Source of the DNA: an uncultured Acidobacteriota bacterium
GTDB lineage: Bacteria > Acidobacteriota > Blastocatellia > RBC074
Length of the DNA stretch: 64,000 nucleotides
NCBI GenBank assembly: GCA_963796275.1
Contig: CAWCKY010000006.1
Span: 576,001-640,000 of the forward strand
Direction: 5' to 3'
The position numbers and the translations under genes were made by a program. Every line of letters starts with the position of its first letter. The first letter of the stretch is position 1. This document shows positions 1 to 9,666 of this stretch, one piece after another. The notes beneath the pieces were generated by a model. It made no database searches, was not told the DNA's origin, and saw nothing but the letters and a program-made list of their open reading frames with translations.

Positions 1-107
1 GCGAAGACGTCGTCGAACATTACGCCCATTTTTTCCGTTCTGAGCAATCAGCGTTCAATTCCGCAGTGACGGATTGGGAACGGAAAAGATATTTTGAACG
101 GATTTGA
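1..107 (+). CDS. 3' end of glutamine synthetase-family (gamma-glutamyl ligase type) protein, truncated by window edge
   Basis: Frame from position 3 reads EDVVEHYAHFFRSEQSAFNSAVTDWERKRYFERI*. The VTDWE..RYFE C-terminus is typical of GlnA-family proteins, and SDR and aldehyde dehydrogenase genes follow. Confidence 0.8.
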   Translation, partial: EDVVEHYAHFFRSEQSAFNSAVTDWERKRYFERI

Positions 108-112
108 AAAAT

Positions 113-260
113 AGTTTTCAGTTTTCAGTTTTTAGTTTTGCTTCCGAAGACAATTGGTATTTCGGTCAACTGAAAACTGAAAACTGAAAACTGAAAACTG
201 AAATTTTAGTATTCAGTTTTTAGTTGCTGATCGAGACAGCTCAGCTAAAACTAAAAACTG
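113..260. repeat. Two adjacent inverted heptamer arrays (AGTTTT(C/T))n-spacer-((G/A)AAAACT)n
   Basis: 113-203 and 204-260; tandem 7-mers facing their reverse complement around a short spacer. Confidence 0.9.
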
Positions 261-272
261 GAATTAACTGCT

Positions 273-466
273 CAGCCTCTTCGCCGCGTTAGCGGCGGTT
301 GATTGTAGCCGTGGGTTTTAACCCACGGAAGCTTGAAGAATATTCCCGCGTCGCGTTAGCGACGCCTGAATTCAACCGTCGCTGACGCGACGTGAAAAAA
401 TCTACCGCCACCGTGGGTTAAAACCCACGGCTACAATCAACCGCCGCTAACGCGGCGAAGAGGCTG
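273..466. repeat. REP doublet (REPIN/BIME-like) with perfect 56-bp inverted arms
   Basis: 273-328 is the exact reverse complement of 411-466. It contains GTAG (305-308) followed by the hairpin CCGTGGGTTTTAACCCACGG, plus an inner inverted pair at about 347-364/377-394. Confidence 0.9.
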
Positions 467-587
467 CCGCCGCTTATGCAAAGAGGCCGAGCCGTCACAA
501 CTGAAGACTGTTTTGTGGTGAATCTTAATTCACCGGGTTTTCCGTCTTTTGGCATGACGTAACTGCGCCAAGCCATATCCTTCTAGC

Positions 588-671
588 TCAACGGCCGGTA
601 ACGCGGCGAAGAGGCCGAGCAGTCACAACTAAAAACTAAAAACTAAAAACTAAAAACTAAAAACTGAAAAC
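588..671. repeat. Degenerate REP arm joined to (AAAAACT)n heptamer run
   Basis: caacggccggtaacgcggcgaagaggccgagcagtcacaact followed by about six AAAA(A/G)CT units ending 6 nt before ATG 677. Confidence 0.8.
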
Positions 672-676
672 CCTTT

Positions 677-1444
677 ATGAGACTAAAAGACAAGGTAGCA
701 TTGATCACTGGCGCAGGCAGCGGCATCGGCCGCGAGTCGGCACTGCTCTTCGCAAAAGAAGGTGCGGCGGTTGTGGTCGCCGATATCAACGGCGAGGGTG
801 GGCGGGAAACCGTTGAGATGCTCGATTCGACAGGCGCGGCGTTCATTCGTGCCGACGTAGCAAAAGCCGACGATTGCGAAAAGATGGTTGAATTCGCTGA
901 AAAACAATTCGGAAAGCTCAACGTGCTCTTCAACAATGCCGGCATCATGCACCATCAGGATGACAATGCGGTGACAACCGAAGAATCGATCTGGGATCTG
1001 ACGATGAATATTAACGCCAAAGGCGTCTTCCTCGGCTGCAAGTATGGCATCCCGGCATTGCGGCGCGCGGGCGGAGGGTCGATTATCAACGTGGCTTCAT
1101 TTGTAGCATTGATGGGCGCCGCCACGCCACAGATCGCTTATACCGCGAGTAAGGGCGCCGTGCTTTCGATGACGCGCGAGCTGGCGATCATCCACGCCCG
1201 CGAAAACATCCGCGTCAATGCGCTTTGCCCGGGGCCGCTGCGAACGGAGCTGTTGATGAGCTATCTGAATACCGATGAGAAGCGGCAGAGGCGCTTGATC
1301 CATATTCCAGTGGGCCGGTTCGGCGAGGCCAGGGAAATTGCCTTTGCGGCGGTCTACCTGGCGTCGGATGAATCGTCTTATGTGACAGGAACCGAATTTC
1401 TTGTCGATGGTGGTATTACGGCAGCGTATGTGACTCCGGAATGA
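677..1444 (+). CDS. Short-chain dehydrogenase/reductase (SDR)
   Basis: TGAGSGIG, NNAG and YTASK motifs. Confidence 0.95.
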   Translation: MRLKDKVALITGAGSGIGRESALLFAKEGAAVVVADINGEGGRETVEMLDSTGAAFIRADVAKADDCEKMVEFAEKQFGKLNVLFNNAGIMHHQDDNAVTTEESIWDLTMNINAKGVFLGCKYGIPALRRAGGGSIINVASFVALMGAATPQIAYTASKGAVLSMTRELAIIHARENIRVNALCPGPLRTELLMSYLNTDEKRQRRLIHIPVGRFGEAREIAFAAVYLASDESSYVTGTEFLVDGGITAAYVTPE

Positions 1445-1445
1445 T

Positions 1446-2840
1446 ATGAAACGCCCAATCCAGCAAACGATCACTCCCATCGACGGTTCGGTATACGTCG
1501 AGCGCGAATTGGCCTCGAACCACGAGATAGACAAATCGCTTGTCTCAGCCGTCTCCGCACAGCGGGCGTGGAGGCGTGTGCCTGTGATGGAAAGAATTGC
1601 GATTTGCCGCAGGATGCTCGCCTGGGTTCTCGAGCGCTCCAGCGAGATCGGCGAAGAACTGACCCGGCAGATCGGCCGTCCCATTGTCTATAGCCCCTTG
1701 GAAATCCGCAGAGGATTGCAGGAACGTGTCAACTACATGTCCGGCATAGCTGAAGCCGAGCTCTGCGATATCATACCCGAGCCGATCGCGGGTTTTCAGC
1801 GCTTCATCCGGCGCGAACCCATCGGGGTCGTGCTCGTGCTCGCTCCGTGGAATTATCCCTGGCTCGCTTCCGTCAATGCTGTGGTGCCGGCGATACTGGC
1901 GGGCAACAGCGTCATCCTCAAGATCGCCCCGCAAACACCGCTCGTCGCCGAACGTTATGCCGAAGCATTCGAAGCGGCGGGGCTGCCGGACGGTGTCTTT
2001 CAGTTTTTGCATATGGATCACGATCAGGTCGCCGATCTGGTCAAAGATCCGCGCATAGGTTTTGTCGCTTTCACTGGCTCAGTGGAGGGCGGACGCGCGG
2101 TACAACGAGCCGCGAGCGGGCGCTTCATCGCCACCGGTCTCGAGCTCGGCGGCAAAGACCCGGCTTACGTGCGATACGATGCGCCGCTGGATGCGACCAT
2201 CGAAAACCTGGTAGACGGGACATTTTTCAATTCGGGCCAATCCTGCTGCGCCATCGAACGCATATACGTTCATCATAAGGTTTATCAGGGGTTTGTAGAG
2301 GGATTTGTTGAACTGGTCGGACAATACAGGCTCGGAAATCCGCTCGATCCTGAAATCACGCTCGGCCCTATGGTGCGTACAGATGCGGCTGAGAAGGTGC
2401 GCGCTCACCTCCGCGATGCCCTGCAGAAAGGAGCTAAGCCATTGATAGATGCCACGCATTTTCCTGCATGCGAAGAGGGAACGCCATACGTGGCTCCGCA
2501 GGTATTGGTGAATGTGAATCACGATATGATTGTGATGACCGAAGAGACGTTCGGGCCGGTCGTCGGAATTATGCCCGTGAGGGATGATGATGAAGCCGTC
2601 GCGTTGATGAATGACAGCCGCTATGGGCTGACCGCTTCGGTCTGGACAGCCGATTCGGATGCGGCCCTTCGCATCGGCGGCGATCTCGAAACCGGTACGG
2701 TTTTTATGAATCGCTGCGACTATCTCGACCCGGCGCTGGCGTGGACCGGGATCAAAGATTCGGGGCGCGGGTGTTCCCTTTCGAAATTGGGATTTGAAGC
2801 TTTCATCCGCCCCAAGTCATTCCATCTGCGGATGGGGTAG
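1446..2840 (+). CDS. Aldehyde dehydrogenase
   Basis: PWNYP, FTGS, LELGGKDP, GQSCC and EETFGP motifs. Confidence 0.95.
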   Translation: MKRPIQQTITPIDGSVYVERELASNHEIDKSLVSAVSAQRAWRRVPVMERIAICRRMLAWVLERSSEIGEELTRQIGRPIVYSPLEIRRGLQERVNYMSGIAEAELCDIIPEPIAGFQRFIRREPIGVVLVLAPWNYPWLASVNAVVPAILAGNSVILKIAPQTPLVAERYAEAFEAAGLPDGVFQFLHMDHDQVADLVKDPRIGFVAFTGSVEGGRAVQRAASGRFIATGLELGGKDPAYVRYDAPLDATIENLVDGTFFNSGQSCCAIERIYVHHKVYQGFVEGFVELVGQYRLGNPLDPEITLGPMVRTDAAEKVRAHLRDALQKGAKPLIDATHFPACEEGTPYVAPQVLVNVNHDMIVMTEETFGPVVGIMPVRDDDEAVALMNDSRYGLTASVWTADSDAALRIGGDLETGTVFMNRCDYLDPALAWTGIKDSGRGCSLSKLGFEAFIRPKSFHLRMG

Positions 2841-3097
2841 CGTGGCCCGATCGAATTCGAAAAAATTATTAAAATCGAAAAAATATCGAAAGTTTTGCGC
2901 GCCGCGTCGTTCTTCAGATGACTTAATATGTCGACGGGAAGATACCTGAATAAGAACCAGCTTATCGCGTTTGAATTTATTGCCCGATCCCGCTTGAAAA
3001 GTAATGCATTGTTGGGGTTGCGCTGGGTGTAAAGGCAAATAGATTACCGGTATGGCAAGTCCTAGCCGGATCAATGTTTTGTTGGGAATGATGAAAT

Positions 3098-4222
3098 ATG
3101 ATGGCGATGCCAAAAAGGCGTGCTAGAATACCCGACGGCTTCATACCCCCGGAGCCGGTAAGCCAATTTAAATGGCCGATAGTTCCTGAAATGGATACTG
3201 GGGATTTCATCGCGAGTTACGAGAAAGCGATTGAGGCGCTATGGATGTCAGTAGCGTCGACGATCGCCAACAGCTATGGAGTCACTCAACGAGAGTTCGC
3301 CGAACGGCTCGCGGGGATAGTTTTGCGCACAGGCAATTATTCGGATGCGCCAAAGGGCGAATCCGCCAAGAATAATGGCGATAATGGCGCAAATTTTCTA
3401 AAAACAAACCAAAAAACACATCAAAAAACAGAAAGCGATGATAGAGCCGAGGAGATTCTGGCCGGCATCAAAGCCACCGAGCTCTGTTTGGCCATCGCTT
3501 GCGAGCGCGGCGATGAAGTTGCCTGGCGCAAGTTGGAATCGGAATACCGGTACTCGATGCAGGCCGCGGCGCGGGCATTGACGAAGGACGATGCCGAGGC
3601 GGAGGACCTCATTCAATCCGTATTCGGCGAGCTTTACGGCATACGGTTGAACGGGGAACGCCGGTTGAGCAAGTTTTCTTACTATTCCGGTCGCGGATCG
3701 CTGGGCGGGTGGCTGCGCGCAGTAGTCTATCAATGTTTTATCGATCGCAAGCGATTGACTGCGCGGTTTGAGCAGGTTGAAGAGGTCGAGGAGTTGGAGC
3801 GGCTCGCCAACGCGGTAGGCTCGCATCTGAATGGAACATTTTCGGCGCCGATCGCTCAACCCGATGAATTCGATGACATGCGTTTACGGCAGGCCACGGA
3901 AGAAGCGATGACCCAGGCTTTCGCCGTGCTCGATCCGCGTGACAGGCTCCTGCTGAACTACTACTACTTCGATGATTTGACCTTACGAGAGATCGGTTTA
4001 CTGATGGGCGTGCATGAAGCCACGATCTGCCGATGGCTCGCACGCGCGCAGCGCGAAGTGAAGAGCAAAACGGAGGAATTTCTCAAACGCAGTTATGGTT
4101 TGAGACGTGCCGAGATCGCTGAGTGTCTGCAGCTAGCCGCGCGCGCGGAACTCGACGTGCGGAAACTTCTAAGCGAAGCGAAGGCCCAACAATTTAGATC
4201 CGATGATTTCCGCAAGATATAG
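3098..4222 (+). CDS. ECF-type sigma-70 factor with long N-terminal extension
   Basis: LCLAIACERGD..AW, AEDLIQ, YSGRGSLGGWLR region 2 and LTLREIG..GVHEATICRWL region 4; start uncertain. Confidence 0.85.
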   Translation: MMAMPKRRARIPDGFIPPEPVSQFKWPIVPEMDTGDFIASYEKAIEALWMSVASTIANSYGVTQREFAERLAGIVLRTGNYSDAPKGESAKNNGDNGANFLKTNQKTHQKTESDDRAEEILAGIKATELCLAIACERGDEVAWRKLESEYRYSMQAAARALTKDDAEAEDLIQSVFGELYGIRLNGERRLSKFSYYSGRGSLGGWLRAVVYQCFIDRKRLTARFEQVEEVEELERLANAVGSHLNGTFSAPIAQPDEFDDMRLRQATEEAMTQAFAVLDPRDRLLLNYYYFDDLTLREIGLLMGVHEATICRWLARAQREVKSKTEEFLKRSYGLRRAEIAECLQLAARAELDVRKLLSEAKAQQFRSDDFRKI

Positions 4223-4313
4223 GAACTCACGCGTTCTAAATGCGAGCGATAAAAGTTCACCCTGAAAATTCGAGCGGACTGCGATAAGGCTCGAAGCAAG
4301 AAACCCAAAAACA

Positions 4314-5882
4314 ATGGCACTCGAACGTAAAATAACGGCATTGGAATTTGAAACCATGCTGCGGCGCCACCTGAGGCAAGGCGGTTCGCCGGTATCGGCG
4401 TGCGCCGGGTTTGATCCGGACAGAGCCAGCGCCTTTCTCGAAGGCGCTCTCGGCGGTAGCGCGCGCGCGCGGTACGAAGCGCATCTGGCTGGATGTCCGG
4501 CGTGCCGGCGCCACGTCATCGAACTTTCGCGCCTATCGCAACTTGCGATGCAACCTGATGCAATGCCCGTAGCCTCGTCCCGGTGGCTGCAATGGAAATC
4601 ATCACTGGGCGAGAAAATAGATAACTGGATCAATCCACCGTCCTGGCGGTTGAATTGGCGTGTGACCGGTACGGTATTGGCTGGTTGCGCTATTTTTATT
4701 TTTGCTCTGACCCTTCAGCCGGTGCGCCAGCCGTCATCGATCAACAGTAAAGTATCGATGGAGACATCGACAGAAGCCATGAAATCGAGCGGCGCCGCTC
4801 AGAAGCTGGCACCGCCTGCTGAAAATATAGAATCCAGTGACAAACTTCTGGCAAACTCGAGGAGTTTAGATACGCTGCCTTCGCCCACCGATAACGCATA
4901 CTCTGAACCTGCAGCAGGGAATGCGCAGGTAAATCAAGCGCAGGTAAGACAGGTAACCCAAGCGCAGTTAGATCAAGCACCCGCTCCGGGACAGTCGAAT
5001 CGACCTATACCGACGCCACGAATTGAAATGGCTCAAAATATGGAGGCGGGGAATGCGGCTCAGATGCGGGCCTTAGAGAAGAGCGAACCTAAAGGTGGAG
5101 AAATTGGAGAAGTCGCCGAACTCGCTAGAAACTACGCGGGAAACGAACGGGTGTTCAGCCCCAAAGAGGAACAATCCGGGCTTATCGGTGATCTCGAACC
5201 CGTGTTGCCTCCACCGACAAAGGCAAGAAAGAGACCTTTACAATCGACCGCTGAAGTTATTCCCGGCGCAAGAAGGGCTGCATTCGGACCGGGAACTGAT
5301 GTCATCGCTGAGAACCGCGAAAAGATGAGAAATGATCGATTACCGCCACATTCGGCGATGCCTCGAATGACTCCCAATCCGGAATATAATCCCATGCAAT
5401 CTGGGTTTCTCGATGGAAAACAGATAGCCAAACTAAAAAACGAGAAAAGCCAATTGCAGACCCAGAAAAATTCCATCTGGGTTTTTGTGATGGATTATAT
5501 GAAGAGCTATCTGCCATGGCGCAGGCATGATTATTTTGAAAAATCTCTGGTTAATATCGGCAAAAATTCCAAAAGCGATGGTAAGGATGAAGCTAATGAG
5601 GATGAGGCTGGCGCGGTCGATAGAGATGATGCTGTAAAAGATAAGAAGACCGTTACGCTTGTCAGGCATCTTCGCGGTAAAATTTTTCGGCACATACGCG
5701 GCGTATGGATTGACGATCAATATGAAGCCGAATTGTCGGCGTGGCGATTAACCTCGCTGAGACGTGGCAGCGAGGCATATAATCGAGTGCTGGATGAGGA
5801 TCCTCAGCTGAAGGAATTCTTCGATTTGGGGCCGATCATCATCGTCTGGCATGACAGGATATACAGGGTCACCGAGAGGTGA
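4314..5882 (+). CDS. Zinc-finger (zf-HC2) transmembrane anti-sigma factor
   Basis: HLAGCPAC (HxxxCxxC), TM segment near aa 118-135, long low-complexity periplasmic part; adjacent to the ECF gene. Confidence 0.8.
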   Translation: MALERKITALEFETMLRRHLRQGGSPVSACAGFDPDRASAFLEGALGGSARARYEAHLAGCPACRRHVIELSRLSQLAMQPDAMPVASSRWLQWKSSLGEKIDNWINPPSWRLNWRVTGTVLAGCAIFIFALTLQPVRQPSSINSKVSMETSTEAMKSSGAAQKLAPPAENIESSDKLLANSRSLDTLPSPTDNAYSEPAAGNAQVNQAQVRQVTQAQLDQAPAPGQSNRPIPTPRIEMAQNMEAGNAAQMRALEKSEPKGGEIGEVAELARNYAGNERVFSPKEEQSGLIGDLEPVLPPPTKARKRPLQSTAEVIPGARRAAFGPGTDVIAENREKMRNDRLPPHSAMPRMTPNPEYNPMQSGFLDGKQIAKLKNEKSQLQTQKNSIWVFVMDYMKSYLPWRRHDYFEKSLVNIGKNSKSDGKDEANEDEAGAVDRDDAVKDKKTVTLVRHLRGKIFRHIRGVWIDDQYEAELSAWRLTSLRRGSEAYNRVLDEDPQLKEFFDLGPIIIVWHDRIYRVTER

Positions 5883-6165
5883 ATCAGCGCTCAGGCTAAT
5901 GCCTCGTAGCGCAGGGAAATGGTTCATAAGTTTAATAAGTTAATGAGAGTATTGGCTGATGCTCACTCAACTCTTCCTCATTCAATTCAGATAACTGTGG
6001 CAAGCGAGATTTTTATACATATAACGATCAATTGACGGTCAATGCCAATTGATGACTTCAAGACCTCCTCTTGATTGCCTTCTTCTTTGCATCGGACATC
6101 CGACCTTCTATAATTCTCCCACCATAGATTTCAACTTTAATCCTACTATAAAAGGAGCTCAGTTC

Positions 6166-7548
6166 GTGAAGCGAGTGATAGTATTCCTCTTCATCCTCCC
6201 CCTGATTATCGGAACCGCGCGCATAAGTGAGCCGGCGGCTCACGCTCAACAGGCGCTGCTTTCATCGAAACTCAACCCACAGATCGAGAAGATCGTAAAT
6301 GAGATATCGTCCGATCGGATTGAAGCGATCATCCGGAAGCTCGTCGATTTCGGTACCCGTCATACGCTCTCATCGCAGGATGATGAGCGGCGCGGCATTG
6401 GGGCCGCGAGCCGATGGATCAAAGAAGAATTCGAGCGATATAGCCGGGAATCGGGCGGAAGACTACAGGTGACCGAAGATGAGTTCATCCAGCAACCGAC
6501 TCGGCGCGTCAGCCGGGCGGTCAAGCTCACCAACATTATTGCGACGCTCCCGGGCGCGCAGCCTGAATCAAAAGACAGGATGTATGTGGTGAGCGGGCAC
6601 TATGATTCTATCTGCTATCCCTACGATGACACGTCCTGCGAAGCTCCGGGGGCGAACGATGACGCGTCGGGCACGGCGGCAGTGATGGAGATGGCGCGGG
6701 TTATGTCGAAATACCAGTTCGATGCCACCATAGTTTTTATGACTGTGCCGGGGGAAGAACAGGGTCTGCTCGGGTCGACACACTGGGCTGAGGAGGCCAA
6801 GAAGAAGGGGATGAATATCGCCGCAATGTTCTCGAATGATATTATCGGGAACACGCTAGGCGGCAACGGCGTGAGAGAAAATGCCCGTGTCCGGGTATTT
6901 TCTGAAGGAGTGCCTACATCTGAAACGGAGGCCGAAGCGCGCACCCGGCTCTTAGTCGGCGGGGAGAACGACAGCCGGTCACGCCAGCTCGCACGCTATA
7001 TTAAAGAGACGGGCGAACGATATCTCAACAACTTTGAGGTGACCCTCGTTTTTCGCCGGGACCGGTACGGGCGTGGCAGCGATCACGTCCCCTTTTTGCA
7101 AGGAGGCTACCCGGCGGTGCGGTTCACCGAACCGAACGAAGCGTTCGCTCGCCAGCACCAGAAGATACGGGAAGAGAACGGAATCAAGTACGGGGATGTG
7201 ATCGAGATGGTCGATTTCAATTATGTTGCGCAGGTGGCGCGCATCAATGCCGCGTCTCTAGCCGGCATGGCTCTCGCCCCGGCAGCTCCGGCGGGCGTGA
7301 GGTTTAAGTCTTCACGGCAGGAATACAATGCGACTCTGACCTGGGAGCCGAGTAAATCGCCCGATCTTGCCGGCTACCGGATCGTATGGCGCGAGACTTA
7401 TCAACCATTCTGGCAGCGGAGCATCGACGTCGGCAATGTGACCGAATTTGCGATGAAGGGATTGTCAAAAGATGATTTCTTTTTTGCCGTTCAGGCGATC
7501 GATCGTGAGGGGAATGCGAGTCCTCCTGCTTTCACGGGAGGGCGGTAA
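6166..7548 (+). CDS. Secreted M28-family metallopeptidase with C-terminal FN3-like domain
   Basis: SGHYDS, GANDDASG, GEEQGLLGS and SDH motifs; signal peptide; GTG start after AAGGAG and downstream of TATAAT (6109-6114). Confidence 0.9.
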   Translation: MKRVIVFLFILPLIIGTARISEPAAHAQQALLSSKLNPQIEKIVNEISSDRIEAIIRKLVDFGTRHTLSSQDDERRGIGAASRWIKEEFERYSRESGGRLQVTEDEFIQQPTRRVSRAVKLTNIIATLPGAQPESKDRMYVVSGHYDSICYPYDDTSCEAPGANDDASGTAAVMEMARVMSKYQFDATIVFMTVPGEEQGLLGSTHWAEEAKKKGMNIAAMFSNDIIGNTLGGNGVRENARVRVFSEGVPTSETEAEARTRLLVGGENDSRSRQLARYIKETGERYLNNFEVTLVFRRDRYGRGSDHVPFLQGGYPAVRFTEPNEAFARQHQKIREENGIKYGDVIEMVDFNYVAQVARINAASLAGMALAPAAPAGVRFKSSRQEYNATLTWEPSKSPDLAGYRIVWRETYQPFWQRSIDVGNVTEFAMKGLSKDDFFFAVQAIDREGNASPPAFTGGR

Positions 7549-7553
7549 GTAAA

Positions 7554-7620
7554 AGTTTTCAGTTTTCAGTTTTCAGTTTTCAGTTCGGCGGACTCGATCG
7601 GCAACTGAAAACTGAAAACT
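7554..7620. repeat. Inverted heptamer array
   Basis: (AGTTTTC)x4 - spacer containing CGATCG - (AACTGAA)n. Confidence 0.9.
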
Positions 7621-7638
7621 TTTTACAGAGGAGATTTT

Positions 7639-8310
7639 ATGAAATGCCCACAGCCTTTTTTTATCGCTCTTTTCCTGACTGTTATTACCGGGTTTGCTCT
7701 TGCGCAACAACCGGATAAAATAAAGCGCCCTGTTAAAAATCCTCCACAATATCCCAATATCATCGATCTTGAGAACAAAGAGCAGAACCCTCAGCAGAAG
7801 GCGCAGGAACAGGGAGCCGGAGAGCAACAGTCGGATTCGCTGGCGCAGGCGATGACGTCTCTCGCTAATGAGGTCAAGACGCTCGTTCAGGAAATTCGTT
7901 CTCTCAACCTGCGCCAGCAGGCGCAGCTCGATATGCTGCGGATGACTCGGGTAGACATGAGGATCGATCATTACGAGCGTGAGTTGAGGCCGGTGCGCGA
8001 GCGAATCGCAGCCCTCGAGACGGATGAGCAGAACCTGCTTCAGCTCATGACGCGCGAATCCTTGATGGCGCAGATCGCCAATATCGGCACGCTCGACCGC
8101 GAAAAGACGATGCAGCAGGTTAAATTGAACCATGAGACGAGGCTGCGATACGTACTGACCGAGAAGGAGAGGTTGCGAAAAATAGAGAGCGATATGGCAG
8201 CATCTCTCGTGATTTATCAGAACCTCAGTAAAGAAACGGAACAAAAAATTCAGACTGCCGAGGAGTTGCTGCGACAGAGCGATGAAGATAAGGGCGAACG
8301 AAAACCTTGA
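7639..8310 (+). CDS. Secreted coiled-coil hypothetical protein
   Basis: GAGGAG RBS, signal peptide ending ALA-QQ, Q/E/R-rich heptad pattern. Confidence 0.8.
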   Translation: MKCPQPFFIALFLTVITGFALAQQPDKIKRPVKNPPQYPNIIDLENKEQNPQQKAQEQGAGEQQSDSLAQAMTSLANEVKTLVQEIRSLNLRQQAQLDMLRMTRVDMRIDHYERELRPVRERIAALETDEQNLLQLMTRESLMAQIANIGTLDREKTMQQVKLNHETRLRYVLTEKERLRKIESDMAASLVIYQNLSKETEQKIQTAEELLRQSDEDKGERKP

Positions 8311-8312
8311 CG

Positions 8313-8383
8313 AGTTTTCAGTTTCAGTTCAGTTTTTAGTTGGGCTGTCTCGATCGACGACTAAAAACTGAAAACTGAAAACT
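8313..8383. repeat. Inverted heptamer array
   Basis: AGTTTTC-type left arm, CGATCG spacer, ACTGAAA-type right arm. Confidence 0.9.
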
Positions 8384-8399
8384 ATTTTCGGGAGGCACC

Positions 8400-9572
8400 A
8401 TGAGCAACGATGTCATCAAACGCAGGGAATTTCTCAAACAGACGGCGGCCGCGGGATTGACCGCACCCCTCATATCAGATGAAGCGATAACCTCGCAGAC
8501 GAGACGTCCGGTCGTGATCTCGAGCGCGAATATCAGCCAGACGCCGAAAGGAGACACGTTCAACGGAGGACTCGCCTGTGTGACCAGGGTGATGGAATTA
8601 CTCAGGGCCGGAGAAGATACCCTCGATGCGGTTGTCGCCGGGGTCAATATAGTCGAAGACGATCCGCGCGACAGTTCGGTGGGTTACGGTGGGTTACCCA
8701 ACGAAGAAGGCGATGTCGAGCTCGATGCCAGCGTTATGCACGGGCCCACGCGCCGGGCGGGCGCCGTAGCATGTTTACGCTACATCAAAAACCCGTCTAA
8801 GGTAGCGAAGGTCGTCCTCGAGCGCAGCGATCACATGCTGATCGTCGGAGAGGGCGCGTTGCGTTTCGCGCTCACGCACGGGTTCAAAAAAGAGGACCTT
8901 TTGACCGATGAATCGCGCAAAGCGTGGCTCGCCTGGAAAGAGAAGCTGAACCCGGATGATGGCTGGGGACCGAGCCCGATCAAGACCGATCCTTCCGGCA
9001 GCGGTAAGGTTTCGCAACAACGACAGGCGCCGGAAGAGATATCGCTCGCTGAATGGATAGAGGACAAGTTGCTCAATCGCCCGACTGGAACGATCAACTG
9101 CCTGGCCGTCGACGCCGACGGGGATATATCCGGCGTGACGACGACCTCGGGGTTGGCCTGGAAGATACCGGGCCGCGTCGGCGATTCGCCTCTGATCGGT
9201 TCAGGTTTATATGTGGATAATGAGGTCGGCGCAGCCGGCTCTACCGGCCGGGGGGAAGAGTGCATATACATCAACGGCGCGCATACGATCGTCGAAAATA
9301 TGCGTCGCGGAATGTCCCCGGCCGATGCGGCGATGGATGCTGTCAAGCGGGTGGCCGCGCGCTACGGGAACAATCAAGAAGAGTTGCGGAAATTCAATCT
9401 CAACTTTTATGCGGTGAATAAGAAGGGCGAATACGGCGCCGCGGCGTTATGGAGCCACACGAGAGCCAGCGATACATCGCCATGGAAACCCAGCAGGTTT
9501 GCAATCCATGACGGCCGGGAAGCCAGGATCGTAGAATCCGACTTTTTGTTTGAAAGAAAAACGGCGCCATGA
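8400..9572 (+). CDS. Tat-exported Ntn-hydrolase, glycosylasparaginase/isoaspartyl peptidase family
   Basis: KRREFLK twin-arginine signal; SVGYGGLP, ELDASVM, GTIN and GRVGDSP motifs. Confidence 0.9.
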   Translation: MSNDVIKRREFLKQTAAAGLTAPLISDEAITSQTRRPVVISSANISQTPKGDTFNGGLACVTRVMELLRAGEDTLDAVVAGVNIVEDDPRDSSVGYGGLPNEEGDVELDASVMHGPTRRAGAVACLRYIKNPSKVAKVVLERSDHMLIVGEGALRFALTHGFKKEDLLTDESRKAWLAWKEKLNPDDGWGPSPIKTDPSGSGKVSQQRQAPEEISLAEWIEDKLLNRPTGTINCLAVDADGDISGVTTTSGLAWKIPGRVGDSPLIGSGLYVDNEVGAAGSTGRGEECIYINGAHTIVENMRRGMSPADAAMDAVKRVAARYGNNQEELRKFNLNFYAVNKKGEYGAAALWSHTRASDTSPWKPSRFAIHDGREARIVESDFLFERKTAP

Positions 9573-9573
9573 A

Positions 9574-9646
9574 AGTTTCAGATTCCGGTTTCCAGTTTTC
9601 CGTCGCAGAGGGAGCGCGCCCGCCTGAGGGCTGAAAACTGAAGACT
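9574..9646. repeat. Degenerate inverted heptamer array
   Basis: agtttcagattccggtttccagttttc ... ctgaaaactgaagact. Confidence 0.7.
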
Positions 9647-9666
9647 ATTTTCTGAGGAGGAACACA

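Noticed and set aside
549-566. Sigma54 promoter TTGGCATG...CTGC (also TGGAGTG..TTGC near 31569)
   Set aside because: GG-to-GC spacing does not match the strict -24/-12 geometry.
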